Shown one piece after another: positions 60,002 to 64,000 of a stretch of 64,000 nt of DNA. Source of the stretch: a virus. Made by a program: the position numbers and the translations under genes. Below the pieces are notes generated by a model. It saw only the letters and a program-made list of their open reading frames with translations, was not told where the DNA came from and searched no databases. How positions within the stretch are numbered: position 1 is the first letter of the stretch; each line of letters opens with the position of its first letter. Where the stretch lies: IMG/VR virus record IMGVR_UViG_3300035661_000011, positions 1 to 64,000 of that record; one strand, written 5' to 3'.

Positions 60002-62903
60002 ATTCTTCAGAATCGTAAAGTATTGAAACTGAATCAACTACATCTAACGAATTATCACTTTGCACAAGTATTTTACTACCTATCGAAAAGGTTTGTGTTT
60101 TGTCAAGTAGAGTTACCATAGTCGCCCCATTGGGTAGATATTTATCAACCGAAAACGATATAGCTTGTTTTGGTAAAATCTTTTTAATTAACTCCATTAA
60201 CTGAGAAACACTTAGGGTTGTTTTTTGTAACTCAGCACTTATTACTTGACGACATAAATTTGTTGTCTGTGATTGTAAAGATGTGTTTTCGAGACCATCT
60301 TGGTTCATATATACAGTTATCTGTACATCAAGTAAACCTATGACATTTGTTACAATCCCATTACCTAGGTTAACATTTACACTAAATGATTCTCCAGATG
60401 GTTTATACCATAGTTTAGTTTGTTCATTTAGCAATTTTGTTAGTGGTTGAATATCGTTGTCTAAATACGATAGTAGAGTGTCGGGTATGGTATCTGCATA
60501 AGATTTTGTAACGATGCTAGTCGCGTATTTGTATTTAGCATCTACCATAGTCACACCAATGCTGTATGCCACACCGTTAGTAAAGTTTGGTGTCGGTATA
60601 GTTAAACCATTTGAGAGTATGTATTCGCCAGCTTTATGGAGCAGCTTGGGATTACCTAAGTCGTCTAACACTGCGTCCCCAGATTTATGTAATATCTGTA
60701 AATTCACATTGCCACTGCTATCTATCGTAAAACTAGGGCCGTCTGGACCATTTACATACACAATTTCATCGTATACAGCGGGTACGTCTTCGATATAAGT
60801 TAAGTATTCTCCTGTGGTGAGACTTTCATACACTGGACAATATAGGTTAGGTAGATGTTTACCAAAGTAAATGTTTATAGTCTCATAGGTAGCACCAATT
60901 ACACCGGTAGATTTATTCAGTCTAGGTGTACTAAATAGATTATCAAAAGTGGTGTGTAAACTACTATTGTCACCTGGCACTAAATAAAAAACATTAAATA
61001 CAGTTGACATATCAAAGAATAATGGTTCATTCGAACCAGATGCGTTTTTAAAGTTTAAAAACTCCAATTGGTTTATTGTGTTAATATCAAAGTTTGTAAC
61101 TAGGTCAAATTCAAAAATAGCTTGACTAGAGCGCACAGTCGATGTGGAATCTAAATACACAGTGGTTCCGCTACCGACATCAAAGTATGATAACTGACAT
61201 AAGACAGACTGTAAATTAGATGGTATCGCTGCCGTCAGGGTTAGTCGATATTTGTTCCCAGATAAAGATATTACACTTTCCATTGTAGCAATGTTGTAAA
61301 CACGTTGTGTGTTTTGCAACAGTAGGTTTCTACCAATCACCTTAGGGCTATCTAAGTAATATGCTCTTCCTACAAACACGTGTTCACTATAATCTAAAAC
61401 GTATGTGAATGGGCTGTACATGTACATACCACTATTAAGTTTATCACATAATGCCGCTCCAGTTAAAGCGTTTATTTCACTAATTTCAATGGGAGTAAGT
61501 AAACTAGCGTCCCCATTGGAAATTGAAAATAATGCACCAGGTAGAATGCTAGTTCTTCCAGACGAATGTACGATAACTTCACCACTGGTGTCGTTAAGTG
61601 TGTAATCTTTAATAAAAACTTTAATCACGTTATTAGTAGCTAATGGAGATGCCGCAAACCCAGACATTGTGTTTGTAGGTAAATTCTTACTAGCTAAGTA
61701 CATCCTACTAGACACATTGTTAAGTAAAACTTCAGTTGAGTAACCTCTACTTGATAATTCTGCGGTTATATCAGTTGGTCGTATAGGTGCTTTCGTAGAG
61801 TTTATTCTGTATATAACCCTTTGATAAACTTCATCAAAGGACAGTGGGTTAACACCGCCTGTAACTGAACCAGTGCCGTTTATAACTATATCATTAATTT
61901 TGTTAAGTGCAGATACAGCACTACTACCTTGGGTGTTTAACGTATCATAGTTATCAAATGTGGCACTAAAGTTGTTATATGTGACTTGGGTTAAGTCTGT
62001 TGAAATATCACCTAGTGTAGTGTAAATATCGACACGTAGTGCTGTATCAACGGTGTTTAATGTTTGATATATATCTGGCAATGTAACTGTAAGAATACCA
62101 TCTGTGAGTGAAAGTAACATAGTGGGTTTTTCTATATCGTATACTTTATCAGAGAATGTAGTGAGTAACTCAACCCATGAACTAGTTCCGTTACTCATAA
62201 ACACTCTAGCATAACAGAAGTAGTTAACAAAACTAATGTCTTGATAAAACGATGCAGTTTGTCCTAGTGTAAATTTTTTACTAAAACTAGACACCTGTAT
62301 AGCTGGCGTTTCAAACTGTAAATACTTAGTATTACCATGATTTATAAAGTTGTAGGCTACCACATTCGCTATATATGGCACTAGTGGGTTAGCAACACTG
62401 GTGTCATAGTACACTTGAATTAACTCACCAGGTAATATATTAATTATTACAGAGTATCCAATTTGCAAAGTTATGTCATTTACATAAATCTTAGTATCTC
62501 TTGGGATAATAACGGTTTTAACTGCTGACCCCGGTACAAGCGGTATAGCGTTATTTAATAACTGATAAAACGGAATCATCCAATTTAATGTAGATTTCCC
62601 ACCAGTGCCAAAAATACCAACGTAGTCGGTATCCGACATATGGTGATATAAATCATCCATAACCTGTGCTAAGTAAGGGTATTGTTTTCTTGAAAGTGCT
62701 TCGCTTTTAGCTATAGATACCGCTGAGGCACACATAGCTGTTTCTAATAGATAAACAAATGGGTTACTTGGGTCAACGATATCGACACCCTTTAACGCTA
62801 ATGCTAACCCATTGGTAGCCACTTGCATCATACTACTAGGGTTCATATAAAACTTGTCTAAATTGGCTACCAGATATTTTGTCAGTGTGGTTTCTGTTAT
62901 CAT
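60000..62903 (-). CDS. large virion structural/baseplate protein (phiKZ gp87-like)
   Basis: DPSNPFVYLLE, YPxLA...DLYHHMSD and LHKAGE motifs; 967 aa, beta-rich. Confidence 0.7.
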   Translation of the reverse strand: MITETTLTKYLVANLDKFYMNPSSMMQVATNGLALALKGVDIVDPSNPFVYLLETAMCASAVSIAKSEALSRKQYPYLAQVMDDLYHHMSDTDYVGIFGTGGKSTLNWMIPFYQLLNNAIPLVPGSAVKTVIIPRDTKIYVNDITLQIGYSVIINILPGELIQVYYDTSVANPLVPYIANVVAYNFINHGNTKYLQFETPAIQVSSFSKKFTLGQTASFYQDISFVNYFCYARVFMSNGTSSWVELLTTFSDKVYDIEKPTMLLSLTDGILTVTLPDIYQTLNTVDTALRVDIYTTLGDISTDLTQVTYNNFSATFDNYDTLNTQGSSAVSALNKINDIVINGTGSVTGGVNPLSFDEVYQRVIYRINSTKAPIRPTDITAELSSRGYSTEVLLNNVSSRMYLASKNLPTNTMSGFAASPLATNNVIKVFIKDYTLNDTSGEVIVHSSGRTSILPGALFSISNGDASLLTPIEISEINALTGAALCDKLNSGMYMYSPFTYVLDYSEHVFVGRAYYLDSPKVIGRNLLLQNTQRVYNIATMESVISLSGNKYRLTLTAAIPSNLQSVLCQLSYFDVGSGTTVYLDSTSTVRSSQAIFEFDLVTNFDINTINQLEFLNFKNASGSNEPLFFDMSTVFNVFYLVPGDNSSLHTTFDNLFSTPRLNKSTGVIGATYETINIYFGKHLPNLYCPVYESLTTGEYLTYIEDVPAVYDEIVYVNGPDGPSFTIDSSGNVNLQILHKSGDAVLDDLGNPKLLHKAGEYILSNGLTIPTPNFTNGVAYSIGVTMVDAKYKYATSIVTKSYADTIPDTLLSYLDNDIQPLTKLLNEQTKLWYKPSGESFSVNVNLGNGIVTNVIGLLDVQITVYMNQDGLENTSLQSQTTNLCRQVISAELQKTTLSVSQLMELIKKILPKQAISFSVDKYLPNGATMVTLLDKTQTFSIGSKILVQSDNSLDVVDSVSILYDSEE

Positions 62904-62925
62904 TTTACTTACCTATAGTAGTTGG

Positions 62926-64000
62926 TTATTTTCCAGTTTTATCTGGTGGTGGCATTATATTCGGTGTTAGTATAGATGAGCCTACAGTTGACGATTGTAC
63001 CATACTGGTTAGTGCAGGTACACCTACTTTGTTTCCAGATGGTTGTGTCTTAGGTTGTGTACCGCCTGTATCCTGAGGGGATTTCTTTTTAAGTAATTCA
63101 TCAACACCAGTTAATATACGTTTAATTTCTTTTATTTTAGTATCATAAACTTGTTTTTCAACATACCACTCTAACTCATATGTTTCGATGTTAATATAAG
63201 GGTATGCTTCGTAATCAAATATCAGTTTAAGGTCATACGGTATTTCAGATTTACTTTGGTTTAGCTTAACCATATTGGATTTACTGTCTTTCATGTCAAC
63301 ATTAAATGCTTCCACAGTCTCGTTGAATTCATACAACAGAATGTTCCTGTTTTTTTCTGCACCAACACAATGTAGATTTATCTGCACTTTATTGTTTTCA
63401 CTAGTGTATACATCTGACCGGTTATATCCAAACTTAGCACCGTCTGGATTAGTAGTTGGTATAAAGTATCCTGGTGCAGCAATGTTTTGCACAAATGTCC
63501 TTGTCTTATCCATAATTAGTCTGTAGTAACGTGAAGTATAATCCATTTCATTACACATTAGAAATATAGGGAACGGACACACTGTGCCTTCAACCACTCT
63601 ATTGCCCCATTCTATCCATGCACCAAACATAGCACATATAAAATCTCCATCCATGTTATCAAACGTGGCAGTTATATCAAATACACCATTAAACTCTGAG
63701 TACCCATCGTAAAACGTAACTTGTTCACCACGTTTACCCTCAGGGCTATTATAAGTGTCCATCTGTGTATCTGGCATAGCACTTAACGATTCTAAAAAGT
63801 TACTAATCGGTAAGAATGCTTGTTTATCGTTTATAAGGTTTGACCTCTGAAGAATCTTTGAGTCTTTTAAAGAAGAAGCTTTTAATGCATTAATGTCCGG
63901 CTCACCAAATAAATTAGGTGACAACATACAACGTATAGCGTTTGACATAGAGTTCTCTTTATCGTCCGCTAAGAAGTTTAATTCGCTTATAGCCTTAACA
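62926..64000 (-). CDS. virion structural protein (phiKZ gp88-like), 5' end outside the window
   Basis: Frame is open from 63948 to the window edge; DYTSRYYRLIMD motif. Confidence 0.68.
   Translation of the reverse strand, partial: VKAISELNFLADDKENSMSNAIRCMLSPNLFGEPDINALKASSLKDSKILQRSNLINDKQAFLPISNFLESLSAMPDTQMDTYNSPEGKRGEQVTFYDGYSEFNGVFDITATFDNMDGDFICAMFGAWIEWGNRVVEGTVCPFPIFLMCNEMDYTSRYYRLIMDKTRTFVQNIAAPGYFIPTTNPDGAKFGYNRSDVYTSENNKVQINLHCVGAEKNRNILLYEFNETVEAFNVDMKDSKSNMVKLNQSKSEIPYDLKLIFDYEAYPYINIETYELEWYVEKQVYDTKIKEIKRILTGVDELLKKKSPQDTGGTQPKTQPSGNKVGVPALTSMVQSSTVGSSILTPNIMPPPDKTGK

Noticed and set aside
1437-63526. Numerous 60-135 aa antisense or nested ORFs in the track
   Set aside because: They shadow well-supported genes and lack SD sequences or motifs.
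1-64000. CRISPR array, tRNA or rRNA genes
   Set aside because: No regularly spaced direct repeats, cloverleaf or rRNA-like sequence seen by eye; palindrome arms are unrelated to each other.

Overview
AT-rich segment of a nucleus-forming phiKZ-like jumbo phage (Chimalliviridae type), read in the standard genetic code. Assignments come from motifs and gene order only; no searches were run. Core genes: large terminase, GH19 endolysin, PhuZ tubulin, the two halves of the split family-B DNA polymerase, chimallin, four non-virion RNA polymerase subunits, SbcD-like nuclease, ChmC-like and PicA/Imp1-like genes, an SF2 helicase, a virion RNAP beta' fragment and head/baseplate genes. Mobile elements: an intact LAGLIDADG intein in the helicase P-loop, a group I intron in the polymerase exonuclease gene (splice sites resolved by hand) and a broken free-standing HNH gene. 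Leads not explained by the ORF track: (1) a tandem array of seven diverged paralogues in its own transcription unit, resembling two genes next to the polymerase; (2) a probable -1 frameshift of tail-chaperone G/GT type; (3) two densely base-paired non-coding loci (4.3-5.1 kb around a small ORF, and 15.6-16.0 kb); (4) a stand-alone UvrD/PcrA-type Tudor domain coupled to the nvRNAP gene; (5) a terminator-promoter cassette duplicated 50 kb apart; (6) a regular punctuation of ATATAT(T/C)ATCT promoters and long loop-less palindromes.
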